From: Selaginella moellendorffii | Lineage: Eukaryota > Plantae > Lycopodiophyta | Assembly: GCF_000143415.4 (NCBI RefSeq) | Contig: NW_003314327.1 | Location: 857,403-921,402, forward strand | Length of the DNA stretch: 64,000 bases | Direction: 5' to 3' | Notes under the pieces: model-generated | The model's input: only the letters and a program-made list of their open reading frames with translations | Told to the model about the DNA's origin: nothing | The model's database searches: none | Part shown: in pieces, positions 11,301 to 23,990 of the stretch | Layout of the letters: each line of letters starts with the position of its first letter | Numbering within the stretch: position 1 is the stretch's first letter | Position numbers and translations under genes: made by a program

Positions 11301-13924
11301 CAATATATTTCTGCTCCTGAAGCCATGTGGCGTATATTTAAATTTCATATGCATGATAAATCACTAACTATTATACGCCTTCTAGTTCATTTACCCAATT
11401 TTCAAAACATTTATTTCAGACCAGGTCATGAACAAGAAGCACTAGAAAGAGCCACTCAAAATGGAACAATGCTTACACAATGGTTCAATTTAAACATGCA
11501 AAATACTAATGTAAGGCAATATACATATGCTCAAATTCCATTACATTACACATATAACAAATCCTCTCATAAATGGCAATTACACCAGCAAAAAGCTAAA
11601 CTCATACCAAGAATGTATTCCATATCTCCTTCTAATAGTGAGTTATACCACTTACGGCTTATATTACTCTATAAAAAAGGTGCTATATCATTTGAGGATG
11701 TATGTACTGTCGAAGGTGTTACTTTCTCTTCTTTCAAACAAGCAGTTATGGCAATGGGACTTTTAGCAGATGATTTAGAATGGCAACACTGCATGCAAGA
11801 AGCTTCTACTTTTAAAATGCCATCCCAATTAAGACAGTTATTTGTTTTTATTTGTTTGTATTGTTCACCAAAAGATCCAAATCTATTATGGGATCAATTC
11901 AAAATTGATATGTCTAAGGATTATGCTAGAAATGACATAAACTATTTTGACATTGCTTTAGTCGATATTAATTCAAAATTCCAACTACACAATAAATCTA
12001 ATTGTGATTTTGGTTTACCACTCCCAACTCTTACTCCCATTATCAAACACATGCTTAATATAGAGATCCCTGACCCATCACAAGAGCAAATAAATGCAAA
12101 TATAAATCAATTCAGTTATGAACAACGTTATATTTTTGAACTCATTATAAATGCCATTGATACTAACCATGTTTCTTTATTGATGGACCTGGTGGTACTG
12201 GAAAAACTTTTCTACTTAATACCATCATTATAGTATTACAATTAAAAAAAATAAAAGTAATCAGTATGGCATGGACTGGGATTGCAAGCATTTTGCTAAA
12301 ATATGGCCAACGGCACATATGACTTTTAAACTTCCTGTTCCTTTAAATGAAACTTCTGTCTCTGCTTTAACAATTAATAGTGATGCTGGAAAAACCATCA
12401 AACAAGCAAATGTTCTCATATGGGATGAAATTAGTATGGTTCATACACATGCTTTCTCTGTGGTTGATAAATGTTTAAAACATCTCAAATGTAATTCTAA
12501 ACCATTTGGAGGCGTTATAGTGATTACAAGTGGTGACTTTCATCAAACCCTTCATGTTGTTCCCCATGGCCATAGAACCTCTATTATTTCAAGCTCAGTT
12601 AAAATGAATAGACTATGGTCACTCTTTACAATACTAACATTAACAAAGAACATGCGTTCAAGCAATTTTTGTTTTTCTGAATGGCTTCTCAAACTTGGCA
12701 ATGGTGATAGTAGTTTACAGCTGCCATGTCTCCCACCAGATATTATCAAAATACCACATGCATTATCTATCACTACATCTGTTGTAAACTTTGTTTTCCC
12801 AAATACCGATGATATTATAAATACTCATACAGCTGCATCAAAGGTTATTCTCACCCCACTCAATGATGACACATTCAGAATAAATAATGACATTGTTGAA
12901 AGACTACCAGGTGATCCATATGTTTATTTGAGCATTGACATGGTTGACTCAGATCACCTTGAAGAGTTCCCAATTGAATTCTTAAATTCAATCACCCCAT
13001 CGGGACTACCACCACACAAATTAATTCTAAAACAAAATGTGATTTTGATTCTTCTTAGGAACATATCTCCACAAATTGGTTTATGCAATGGCACTCGCCT
13101 CATTCTCAAGCAAGCATCTCAAAACGTTTTAGATTGTGAAATTATCACGGGACAATTCAAGAGATCGCGAGTTTTTATTCCACGTATTACCCTTACACCT
13201 TCTGATGTTGAAATCCCTTTCAAGATGTCTCGAAGACAATTCCTAGTTCGTCTAGGTTATTGCTTAACTATTTCTAAAGCCCAAGGCCAAACTTTCGACC
13301 GTGTTGGCATTTACCTCCCCCAACCTGTTTTCACACATGGTCAACTTTATGTTGCTCTGTCAAGGTGTAGATCACCTGAACAACTTCGTGTTCAAGTGCT
13401 TGCAACCCCCCTTCAAGGCAATCTTATACCACATGATCAACACTTTTACACTGTGAATACAGTCTATGCTAAAATTCTTAAGTAGACTGGCAAAAAAATG
13501 GCACAATTCACCACAACAAAGTTGGCATTGACAAGTGTGCCTTGGGTGCTATCCCATTTTGGTTATGGCAAGTGCTATTTAGTTGCTAATGGCAGAGGTA
13601 CAGTTTTCATCCTATTGCTTTTTGAGTGTAGCTCTTAGGTTCCTAGCTCATCCCAGGAACCTCTCTAGCAGGCTGAGGAGCAAGTACCAACACTTGCACC
13701 AAAGATGGATTTGGAAGTATTCTTTGGGCTTTTTGTGTTCAAAATGGAGGAATGCAACTCAACAGTTATCTAATCTAGCTTATATAATGCTCATAACACA
13801 TTTGGTCATGAGAATGTCTTTCAATTGTGGAGTCGATCAGACAGCAAACATAGTTAAGCTCAGAAAACCTCTTCAAATGGCATCAAATTTGCCAACCACC
13901 CAGCATTTGCTGGGCAATTGCTAG
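8322..13924 (+). mobile_element. Helitron, formerly autonomous and now defective
   Basis: 5' TCTATACATATAAAG; 3' hairpin CCCAGCA-TT-TGCTGGG (13899-13914) then CTAG|T; internal Rep/helicase coding region. Confidence 0.93.
9124..13485 (+). pseudogene. Helitron RepHel (HUH Rep endonuclease + PIF1 helicase), disrupted
   Basis: GKPDLFITFTCNPKWPEI, IEFQKRGLPHCH, MIHGPCG, DNRWVVPYN, KYLFQYVYKG, GPGGTGKTF, IWDEISM, GLCNGTRL, TISKAQGQT, HGQLYVALSR; in-frame stops (9313, 10626) and frameshifts around 12170-12310. Confidence 0.95.
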
Positions 13925-14010
13925 TGTCTTAATAAATTTGCTCTCAGCCAATGGGAGGTTGCCAATTGCTTGGGGCAAGAAGAGGAGGTGCTGTGACATG
14001 TATCATATGC
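13925..14010 (+). mobile_element. Truncated third Helitron 5'-subterminal stub
   Basis: TTTGCTCTCAGCCAATGGGAGGTTGCCAATTGCTTGGGGCAAGAAGAGGAGG..GTGACATGT is homologous to 8421-8490 and 7345-7405. Confidence 0.55.
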
Positions 14011-14249
14011 ATGTGGAGTTAATCTGGCACCAAGAAATCCTTCTTGCCTTATCAGATGTGGATAATCTTCTTCATTTAAGTTCTTTGCTTTGACAGGGTT
14101 CTTTAGTGCAGCTCTTGCAAAGAGGAAACTTTGTTAGAGATTTGATTTAAAGGAAGAGAAATTGACAAACTTGGCCATCAGATTTTCTAGATTCTTCTTA
14201 AGCTGCTTGATTGAAGGGATATATATTGGCCTAGTTTATACTGACAATG

Positions 14250-15230
14250 TGTGAGACACAAATCCCTAAGCCCCAAAGTGGAGCTGAAAGGGTGCCATGT
14301 GGTAGTGGCCGAAGCAAAAGCCAAACGAGTGTAACACGTTTGGACTAAAAGGCTCCAATTTGAAAGGTTGAGAGCGAGAGTGGAACTCCCAACGGAATGC
14401 TCAAGGAACGAGCATGAAGCAAGCAATAAGCGAGGCTCCAAAAAGGGACCCAAAAGGACTAACACATGACACGTGGAAGTGTCCGAGATGGACTGAGACG
14501 GAGTCCAAGATGGAGTCCGAGATGGAGTCTGAGGTGGACCGAGATGGAGTCCGAGGTGGACTGAGACGGAGTCTGAGATGGAGTCCGAGGTGGACCGAGA
14601 TGGAGTCCGAGATGGACCCGAGATGGAGTCCGAGGTGGACCGAGACGGAGTCCGAGATGGAGTCCGAGATGGACTCGAGATGGAATCCGAGAAGGACCCG
14701 AGATGGAGTCCGAGGTCGAGACCGAGACCAAGACTGAGACCAAGATCGGGACCGAGACCGAGGCCGAGGCCAAGTCCGAGACCGAGGCCGAGGCCAAGTC
14801 CGAGTCCGAGTCCGAGTCCGAGTCCAAGTTCGAGTCTGAGAGGGTGAAAGCCCAAAGCGTTCGTCTCCCAGACTCTGGGGGGTTTGGTGAGCTCCAAAAG
14901 TATAGTAGGGGGGAGGACTGTAGTGGAGCCAGTTTGGCCAGGAAAGGCCAGTTTGGCCCAGAAAGGCTGTACCTAGTGTTGGGTGATGAGCTGCCCACTG
15001 GGAAATCCAAAACTAAAGTGAACACAGACCGACAAACAGGGTAGCTTGGTGAAGTGTTCAAGAGCCGACTCTAGTTCCCCCAAGAGATCGACTGACCGAT
15101 GCTCCCAGTCCAAGTGTGGGTGGCACTACCTACTTGGATACCAGGCGTGGCTCAACGGAACCTCGCTCTAAGCCCACGGCTAGAGCACATAAATGTGGAA
15201 GGTGGGGAGAGTACCCATGAGGGCCGTCAC
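14250..15230 (+). mobile_element. LTR-like repeat, copy B, with a ~620 bp internal insert containing tandem repeats
   Basis: Starts TGTGAGAC and ends GGGCCGTCAC; homologous to 362-723 in inverted orientation. Confidence 0.6.
14480..14840 (+). repeat. Minisatellite built from GAGTCC/GAGATG/GAGGTG/GAGACC hexamers
   Basis: Direct reading of the sequence: GGAGTCCGAGATGGAGTCCGAGGTGGACCGAG units grade into (GAGTCC)n. Confidence 0.9.
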
Positions 15231-17094
15231 TTTGGGCTTTCACCCCATAATCTATATTAGTATTTAAACTTAGTTTCAAACTCAATCTTAAACATTGTAG
15301 CACACTTTATTTTTCTCCCCTTAAGCCAACTGAAAAAAGGGCAATTGCTTGATGAAAGAGCCCTTAGTGGTTATTTAATCCCCATTTATCCCCCAAGGTT
15401 CCAAGGATCCACGGTGACAATATATCTAAATCTCATTTCATGATCATATGCGCTACAAATATAGCCTCAAATGATAAGGCATAGAAGTTTATCAATAAGC
15501 ACCACTATAAATAATATAAAGTGATATAATTAGATGGGAGACCTTGTTTTTATATGTATGATTTTTCTATCAAATATATAATAGAATACTTTTTGCAAAG
15601 TGGGAAGAGTGATTAATTTTTTTACAATATGCTGGTCTATATGAAGTGTTGAAGAGTTGGATTATCAAGTGCAATTGCTAACTAGGGTGAAACTTTATCT
15701 AATATTTTATGTTAATTAGTTGAAAGATGTATTATCTCAAAATGAAGCACCCAATGCTCCTTGATATATGTAGTTGTGTAGGAGGTTGAGTAGAGTTCCC
15801 CAGAAAAAGTGATCATCAATACAATTTATCGTTAGAATAAAGACTTTAAGAATTGTTAGACATTAGTTTTGAACGTGTGGTTAACATGGGTCAAAGGTAA
15901 ATTTAAAGGTATATTATAATATAATGAGTGCTAGTACAATGGTGCTTTTGAAGTGGTTCAGGAGTGATTGGTGTTAAGGAATCTCAAAAGAAGGTATAAC
16001 ATAGTCTAGGAAAGCTAAATGTTTTTTTGTTTTTAAGTGTTAGATTATAACATTAGTATTAGAAGTTAAATTTAGCTTCAAACTTGATCTTGGACTCAGC
16101 TTTGAACTCAATTTTAGACTTGGTCTTGAATTTAGTCTCAATACTTCTTTATATAAACCATCATTAGATGTCATAATTTTTGCCACATGTTGATCAATTT
16201 TTTATCCTTTTTTAGAGACTCATTTATTGATTGTTTTGTGCTCATTCCTCAAGTGCTTCTTTAGGAGTTCTACTCTCACTCTCAATTTTTCAAGTTGGAA
16301 CTTTTAAATAGATTACACTCATTTGATTTCCATTTTGGCACCATGTGGCACACATTCGGCTCCATTTTGGGGCTTAAGGATTTATAGTTTACACTTAAAA
16401 GATTAATGTTGCAAAAGATATTAAAGATTTGTAAATTATAATCATATATGTTGAGGCAATGACAATAAAACCCAATCTGAATCATCTGAAAACATTATAG
16501 TTGTCATCTATAAGAATTATTGATAGTCACTTTTTAAAGCTCTCACTCTTGAAGTATGTTTTTCCTCTTTCCTTTTTTTCTTGCTTTCTTTTGTTTTATT
16601 TTATTTTTTGATTTTGTTTTTAGTTTTATATGATGTATTTATGCCTCAAAAATTCATTGGTTTTTTGTAGTATTTTAGCAAATCTTATATGTGAACTCTA
16701 GTTTTTTTCTTTCTCAATCATTTATTTTTATTTGTTTTTCTTTTATTTTTTTCATTTTGTTCTTCCTAAGTATGTTTACTTTGCTTTACAGTTTTATAGA
16801 TATGATTTTGCTAATTTTTTTCTCTTGAAAAAACAAATACTAAAGAGAAAGGCATAGAATTTACATTTAACAATACTATTCTTGATGGCATAGTTTGATC
16901 TAACAAAAAATTGAATATTGTCATCTATAAGATAAGTAAAATTATAAATAAATTATTGTGAGGACAGTTAAGATAGTATTCTTTACACATGATCAACTTC
17001 ACTAATTTATATGCAACAACTATTACTTGAAAAGGCTTGAGCAATAATAACATTTTTGAGAATTATTTCATCAAAGGAAACTATTTGTCATTTT

Positions 17095-19470
17095 ATCTTC
17101 TAAAGCACTCAAACCTAAGGATATTTAACCCTAAGTATCCTAAAACTTTTAACCGATTAAAAAAAAATGTACTTTTATTCATAGACCCTTTTTCTTTTAT
17201 ATTTGAACCTCATGGATTGTATTTGAAATTCTTCTTTGTGGTTGCTTACAATCCACCACGTTTCATTACAAATTTACGCCTTTGTGAACGAAAGTTGAAA
17301 GCCGTAACTCTCTCGAGCCTAACAAAAGGTAAATTGGACTTACTAAATGTCAATTTTAACATTTAATGTAATTCCCCTACTCAACCAACATAGTCAGACT
17401 CAAAACCCCCTTTAATACCAAATGAAAACTCATAAATTTAAACTTCTTGGGAAGCTATCCACTATTCAAACCCAAAGACAATTAATCCTAAATATCTTAA
17501 AACCCTTAACTGATTAAAAAAATGATTATTCATAGGCCTTTATTTCTTGATATTTTAACCCTATAGATTGTATCTTAAATCATTCTCTTTGATTGTTTAC
17601 ACACTACTCTAAAAATATGTTTGATCTATATAGTCTTGAGAAAGGAGGCTTCAAGAGGGTCTAAACAAATTTGAATAAAATATTAATGGAAACTCAATAA
17701 ACATAAGAATTAAGTAAGTGATCACTTATTATTTTTCATAACCTTTCCCACAAATTTAACTATAGTTTGGATTCTTTATAGTAATTGCTTTGATTATATG
17801 GCCTTTTTGAGTGGTTTTGGCTATATAAATTTGTATAATTTTTTATGTTTGCACCAAAATTTCATTTCACACATATTCAACCCATATAATGCCCAATATA
17901 TATATATGATTTGCACCATCTCATCAAATTTTAATATCTTATACATATTCTTATGAGAATTTTCTATATGGTAATTGGTGGAAACATTTATCTAATCTGT
18001 CATATTAGTCTAAAAATATGTTATATGCAAATTTTGTTTTTCTTGGGTCTAGGAAAAAATTATTCTTAAAGAGTCAAAAAAATTCCAAATGGCAAAAATA
18101 AATTTCCAAAGATTTCCTATAGGGAATCTTTAAATTCCTTTGGGATGCCTATTTAAAATAAAACCCTCCCCTTAGAAAATTAAAGTTTATTTTAATACAG
18201 GTGAGAAGTTTTTCCCTTTCAGAAAATTTATCTTTTATCTCATGTAGTGTATTTTTCCTTTGGGAATTACTTTTCAAAGAGTAATTGCTCTACTCAAGTT
18301 AAACTTTTTAAATTGAATATTATGTGGTAAGTTTTTATTGCGTCCAAGATGTTCATTAGAGTCAACAATTGATCATAAAACCATATTCATTTTTTTTATT
18401 TACTCTTAACTTTGAGCCAATCTCACATTCAAGTCAACCATTCTTTTCACTATATTATCTTTAAATACATCAATGATAATATACTCTTCATATTTTGAAG
18501 TAATTATTCTAGGTGGGCCACTTTCTTCACAAGTCTCTATGGTTCGTTTTAAATACAAGTGAAGCAATGCTTGAATATCTCCATTAATTTATTGATTATC
18601 ACTATGATATAAAGGTTCTCTAAATCTAACTCAACCTTTTTATTAGGTGCTACTGTATTATTATCCTCTTGCTTCTTTACTCATCGAAGAGTGGTGATAA
18701 TGGGTCAACCTCAAATACAATCATAATTAATGACTTTATCCTTCACCACCTTCTTTATAATATCCAAGATACTTTGAAGCCAATTGGTTTTTCATATATG
18801 CTTCGAATCAATTAAAGTTAAATTGGAAAATGCATATAAGAACTATTGTTCTATATATAGTGCTTATTACATTGTAAACTCTTAAATTTAAACTTCCCAA
18901 AAAGTCATCTAGCCTCAGCCTGCCCTGCACCGTGAGCTCCAGTAACCCCGGGATGGCCCCCTCGTCCAGGATCATATCACGGTACTTGGATCGATCGCTC
19001 TGGCACTACTACTCAAGGACATTTAACCCTAGACTCTTAATCAATTGGAAAAAAGGGTGCACTTTTGTTTATTAACCCTTTCCTTTATATTTGAACTTTA
19101 ATGAATTATTTTTTGAGTCATTTTTTTTGTTTGTTTACAATCCACCACATTTCCTTACAAGTTTATACCCTCATAAATGGAAGTTAAAAGCCACAATTCT
19201 TCTGAAAGCCCTTAGGGTCAAGCCAAACTAAAAGCAAATTAAACTTGCCAAATATCAATTTTAACATATGGTGTGATTCTAATAGAGTTGGACCTGAGAC
19301 TTGATACCAAATGTACATTTATGAATTTAAATTTCTTAGGAGATCATCTAATCTAGTACTACTCAAACCTATTAATGCTTAACCCTAAGTATTTTAAGAC
19401 TTTTAACTGATTGAAAAAAGGGCTTTCCCTCACCATAATGGATCATATTTCCTTTTAGTTGCTTACACAC
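17095..19470. repeat. Diverged AT-rich ~360 bp unit repeat; block 17100-17600 is duplicated at 19000-19470
   Basis: A motif like ATTTAACCCTAAGTAT..TAA.AC.TTTAAC.GATT..AAAAAA recurs at ~17120, 17480, 19020 and 19375; TACAATCCACCAC occurs at ~17247 and ~19136. Confidence 0.65.
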
Positions 19471-20196
19471 ATTCATTATTACATTTGGAAAGAGGAGTTT
19501 GCCTTACTTATAAACCTTGCAAGTAAGCTCACTCAATTGATTGTAGTCTCCACACTATCAACTTTGAAGTAGTTTGCCATAGATAAATTTAGAAATTAAC
19601 CTTTAATACTAGAAATATATACTTATTAACTTGCTCACTCACTCTCTCAAGAACAATGTCACTCACTTCTTCTACCCTCATTACTTACCTCACTTCATTA
19701 CTCACCTCATCATGTCTAAACCCTCAACCTTCACTTTGCAAAACTAAGCCCTTGCTATGTTGAGCTACTCTTGTTACACAATAATCCTATCCTTCATTGT
19801 TTCGTCAGTGGTCATAGAACGATTGGAAAAAACAAAGAGGAAAAGCTACTCCCTAGCTATCAGCTACTGCTATCCTACTACCTCACACACTCAAGGTCTT
19901 GATTTGCCATTCCATCCTAAACACTTACTCCTATAGTAATAGGGATGGTGTTGGCAATGGCAGCACATGCACTCTTCCCCAAACCCTAAAAAAAGAATAT
20001 ATTACACAAGCTAAAATGGATATTCTTGGTAGGTACCTCCCACTGGAATCACTAATTACCCTTTGGGAAACCATCCCAAAAAAGAGCTCCATGGGCCTCG
20101 CCAGGAGGAAGTATAAGTGAATCAAAGTTTCATTTTTTTTCGTTGGATCTATTTATTTCACAGTGAAAGAAGGATCATGGCCAAGGGAGTTTGGGT

Positions 20197-20280
20197 GGAC
20201 ACGTGTCAAGCGTACTCTCATGACACGTGTTTGCCAAATGGCAAGACTACTTGCTATTTATAGTAGAGTGTCCACGTCGG
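20197..20280 (+). promoter_or_regulatory. Cluster of G-box/ABRE-like ACGT elements upstream of PIMT
   Basis: GACACGTGTC (~20198), GACACGTGTT (~20222) and CCACGTC (~20272), followed by TATAAA at ~20293. Confidence 0.5.
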
Positions 20281-20321
20281 AGAGAGTGTTTCTATAAACG
20301 AAGGTATTGCGTGCCCTATCC

Positions 20322-21309
20322 ATGTGTGTCGCGATTGCTGGAGGAGCTCTGCGAGGCGCGTCGGCATTTGGAGCTGGATCGATCGCTTGCCACACTCGCA
20401 ATCGCGCGGCCCCTAGGGTTTTCTTCTTCCACGGGATGGAGGTGAAATTTCTCCTTGTCCTCTCTCTTCTCTGCCCAATCCCTCGATCTTCCACAGGTTT
20501 TCTGGACGCCGCGAGCCAAGGACAACAAATCCCTCGTCAAGCTCCTCCGGGAGGAGGGCGCGGTGAAATCCGACAGGGTCGCCTGCGTCATGGAGAAGCT
20601 GGATCGCGCCTTGTTCATCGCCGAGGGCGAGAGGAATCTGGCGTACATGGACTGTCCAATGCAGATTGGATTCAATGCCACCATCTCGGCTCCACACATG
20701 CATGGCTCGTGCCTGGAGCTTCTCAACAAGCATCTCCAGCCGGGAATGCACGCTCTCGACGTTGGCTCCGGTATGAAAGAGATTTCTCTCTTTTTTCTTC
20801 TTGGTTTGCATCCTCTGAAATTTTTTCTATCTTCTCTTTGCAGGAACTGGTTACTTGACCGCTGCTTTCGCTCTTCTGGTGGGCGATCAAGGTCGCGCTG
20901 TAGGAGTGGAACACATTCCGGAGCTCGTCGAGCAGTCGATCAAAAACGTTAAGCGATCCCCGGCGGCTTCACTGCTGGAGCCCGGCGTTCTTTCTCTGCA
21001 CGTTGGAGGTAAAGAATTCATGACCCAAGCTATGAGACGTGAACTCTTCTTACAGATGGTCGACTTGGCTGGCCCGAACACGCGCCATACAACGCCATTC
21101 ACGTTGGAGCCGCGGCTCCGCAAGTGCCTCAGCCACTGATCGATCAGCTCAAACCAGGCGGCCGGATGGTGATACCGGTTGGGGAGGGAGCGCAAGAGCT
21201 GGTGGTGATCGACAAGGGGCCCGATGGATCGCTCAAGCAGTGGACCGCGTCGAGCGTGAGGTATGTTCCTCTAACTAGCAAGGACGAGCAGCTCAGGGGA
21301 GGAGTATGA
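20322..21309 (+). CDS. PIMT: Protein-L-isoaspartate O-methyltransferase (4 exons; alternative ATG at 20436)
   Basis: [18 protein letters not shown]...[18 protein letters not shown]; GVEHIPELV; [29 protein letters not shown]; VRYVPLTS. Confidence 0.95.
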
Positions 21310-21838
21310 TTGTAATTAGACTTTTGTAACTATCACGAATGAGAAGGCCTCTTGCTTCAAAAGTTGGAAGGAAGCACCATCAAATCTAAAACAACGCCTT
21401 TCCAGTTTTGAGAAATGCTGGACACGCCCCTTGACATCCTGGAAAGGTGGAAATCAAGTGCCTCCAAGTTACGTGGATTGCCTTCACCTTCAAACCACTG
21501 CAAGAAGAAGATTACAATACAAAACCACAAAGATCTGGTGTTTTGAGTCTCAAGTTGATCCAGAAGAAGGGAAATGCAGCTGGTGGAAGCGAAGGTCTGA
21601 TTGTTCTTTCAAATCTTCTTGCAGATTATGAAAGAGGATGACAGCAATTGGCTTGTCAGGAACTGGATTGGTGACAAGCACATCTTATCGAGCCTATTTT
21701 TTCATGATATTAATAAGAATAATAAGAATAATTTATGACAGTAAAAGTAAATATTATCCTTGTTTTGAAATTCCCCCCAGTTTTTCAAAAGAGGAATAGG
21801 GTATAGCGGCCAGAGAATGCCGCTCTAGGGTTTAAGGA

Positions 21839-23434
21839 ATGGAGATGGAGAGCGAGGCTCCGGCCGCGGCGCAGGATCTCCAGTCAGACGATATGATCTG
21901 CAGCCAGGACTTTTTATGGTATGCATTCCTTTTCCAATGATGCGATTAGGCGTTCTTGTTTTTCTCCCTTCTCACAGCACTGCCGATTATGTGACGCCCG
22001 TGGAGCAGCAGTTCACTGTGGATTTCAATGCTTCAGACAAGGTTCGTGAATGATTGGAAGGGAAATAAGAAAAGAAATCGTTTTTTTTTTTTTCCACTAG
22101 AATGCTGTGCTCAATGTGCCTGTGGGTCTGACGCCTCTACGGAGCAAAAGACCAAGAAGTGGTATGTGTAGCTTTGCTTTGACAATCTTACACACTCGCT
22201 CAGTTTTTTTTTGTTCTTCTTTGTATGTTCTTTTCCTAGATGAATATTTGAACCAAGAAGCAGAGAATGCAAAGACATTGTCTCTGCGACAGCGCGTCAT
22301 GTCCCCACCATGCTTCCGGAACCCTTTTGTTAACAGTGATGTGTTTCCCGAGAGAGCTAGGCAGGGTATGTTGTTATTTTTGCATTTTTCCTTCATAACT
22401 TTTATTCTCATACAGGATGTGTCTCTGCTTTTGGTTCTTCATCGCGTTACCGTGAGGAGTTCCATCAAATCAAGGTATATGTGCTTAAATTTGTATGATT
22501 TACATTCTTACACCACTGTCAGGAAATAGGACGAGGTGATTTCAGCTATGTTTATGAAGTTCTCAAAAGACTTGACGGCTGCCTTTATGCTGTAAAGCAT
22601 TCCAATCGGCGGCTGCTGAATGAGGGAGATCGGTTCGTCACTAAATCAAGAGACTATGGTATTGATTTGGCAAATTTTTCATTTTGCAGGAGGAAAGCAC
22701 TGAGAGAAGTTCAGGCACTCTCGTGTCTTGGTGAGTTGGCTTTTTCCTTTCAATATTGCCACTGGCTTCTTTAAACTTAACCAGCTTCCAGGTTACCATG
22801 AAAACGTAGTGCGTTACTTCTCTTCATGGTTCGAGAATGACTTTCTGTATATCCAAATGGAGCTGTGCGAGACGAATCTACGAGACGAGAGCCTTGCATG
22901 GACATTTACGGAGAAGAAGCTGACCGAGGCGATGTTCCAAGTAAGCAGCTCAATTGTATTGTTTTCTTAGTTTGTCTTGCATGGCAGCTCTTAAACGCTT
23001 TGAAGCACTTACACTCGCATGGCCTCGCTCACCTGGACGTGAAGCCTGACAACATCTACATTCGCAAAGGCGTCTACAAGATTGGCGACTTTGGCCTCGC
23101 TTGTCGAATCGATGGCGCCATTTCCATTGAGGATGGCGACTCGAGATATCTCCCGATGGAGCTCATCAACGATGATCACAGTCACCTTGACAAAGCCGAC
23201 ATGTTTTCCCTGGGGGCGACTTTCTACGAGCTCGCAAGACGCTCGCCACTACCAGCGTCCGGAAGCCAGTATCAAGCCATCCGCCAGGGAAAGCTCGCTC
23301 TTCTTCCCGGATTCTCTCTTGTGTTCCAGAGCTTGATCAAGTCTCTGATGCATCCAGCAGCAAAAAATCGCCCCTCGGCTGCTCAAGCTCTCAAGAACGC
23401 GCTCTTCAAGAAGTCCTCATCAAAGGTTCTTTGA
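21839..23434 (+). CDS. WEE1: WEE1 kinase (multi-exon)
   Basis: N-terminal SQDF.C/T.DYVTP; SLRQRVMSPPCFRNP; IGRGDFSYVYEVLKRLDGCLYAVK; HLDVKPDNIY; YKIGDFG; EDGDSRYLP. Confidence 0.93.
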
Positions 23435-23589
23435 GAGGAAGGACTGAAGAGATTTTCGTGGAGGAATTTTTTCGGCAAGCGCGATCTGTGAGCTTCGATC
23501 TGGATAGGGTTCTACAAGATTAATCACCTGATTGGCAGTGATGATGACGAACTCTATATGACTGAGTCAAGCCCTTTGACTCCGTAAAA

Positions 23590-23990
23590 AATCCGATCCT
23601 AATATTTTATATACTTCTTGTTGTTCCTGTCCGTTCTCCTAAAAAATCTTGTTTCAGCCACCGGATTATCATAGGAAAAACCTTCACGCCCCTTATACAG
23701 TTCTGCCTGTGCACCGAAATCCACGTGGGATCTAGCAGTCTGCTCCCCAAAACCAGTTCAAAATATGCAGACATCAACTGCAACAAGTCGTCGCCTCTTT
23801 GCAACGTAGAAGCCAATCGGAGTGGCAGTTAAAGGAGCATCTCCACTCACACTTGATGCAAACCAGAGGGTACCTCTACCCTCAATGCCCTCCAGCAAGG
23901 AGGCAGCAGCGAATGCTAGTCTTGCACGGTTCTCAGCAGAATATTAGACTTTTACGGAACAAAGAGACCACAACTAAGGTCAGGTAAAGA
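23590..23990 (-). pseudogene. Decayed NIF/SCP CTD-phosphatase copy 0
   Basis: DNA homology to 25700-26150 (GDDLLQLMSAYFELVL; HRQNCIRGVK); the DLDET region is deleted and the frame is broken. Confidence 0.75.

Noticed and set aside
14187-15061. GL/SR/ES-repeat ORFs and a CRISPR-like look
   Set aside because: Stop-free hexamer minisatellite; no unique spacers, no cas genes, and the context is eukaryotic
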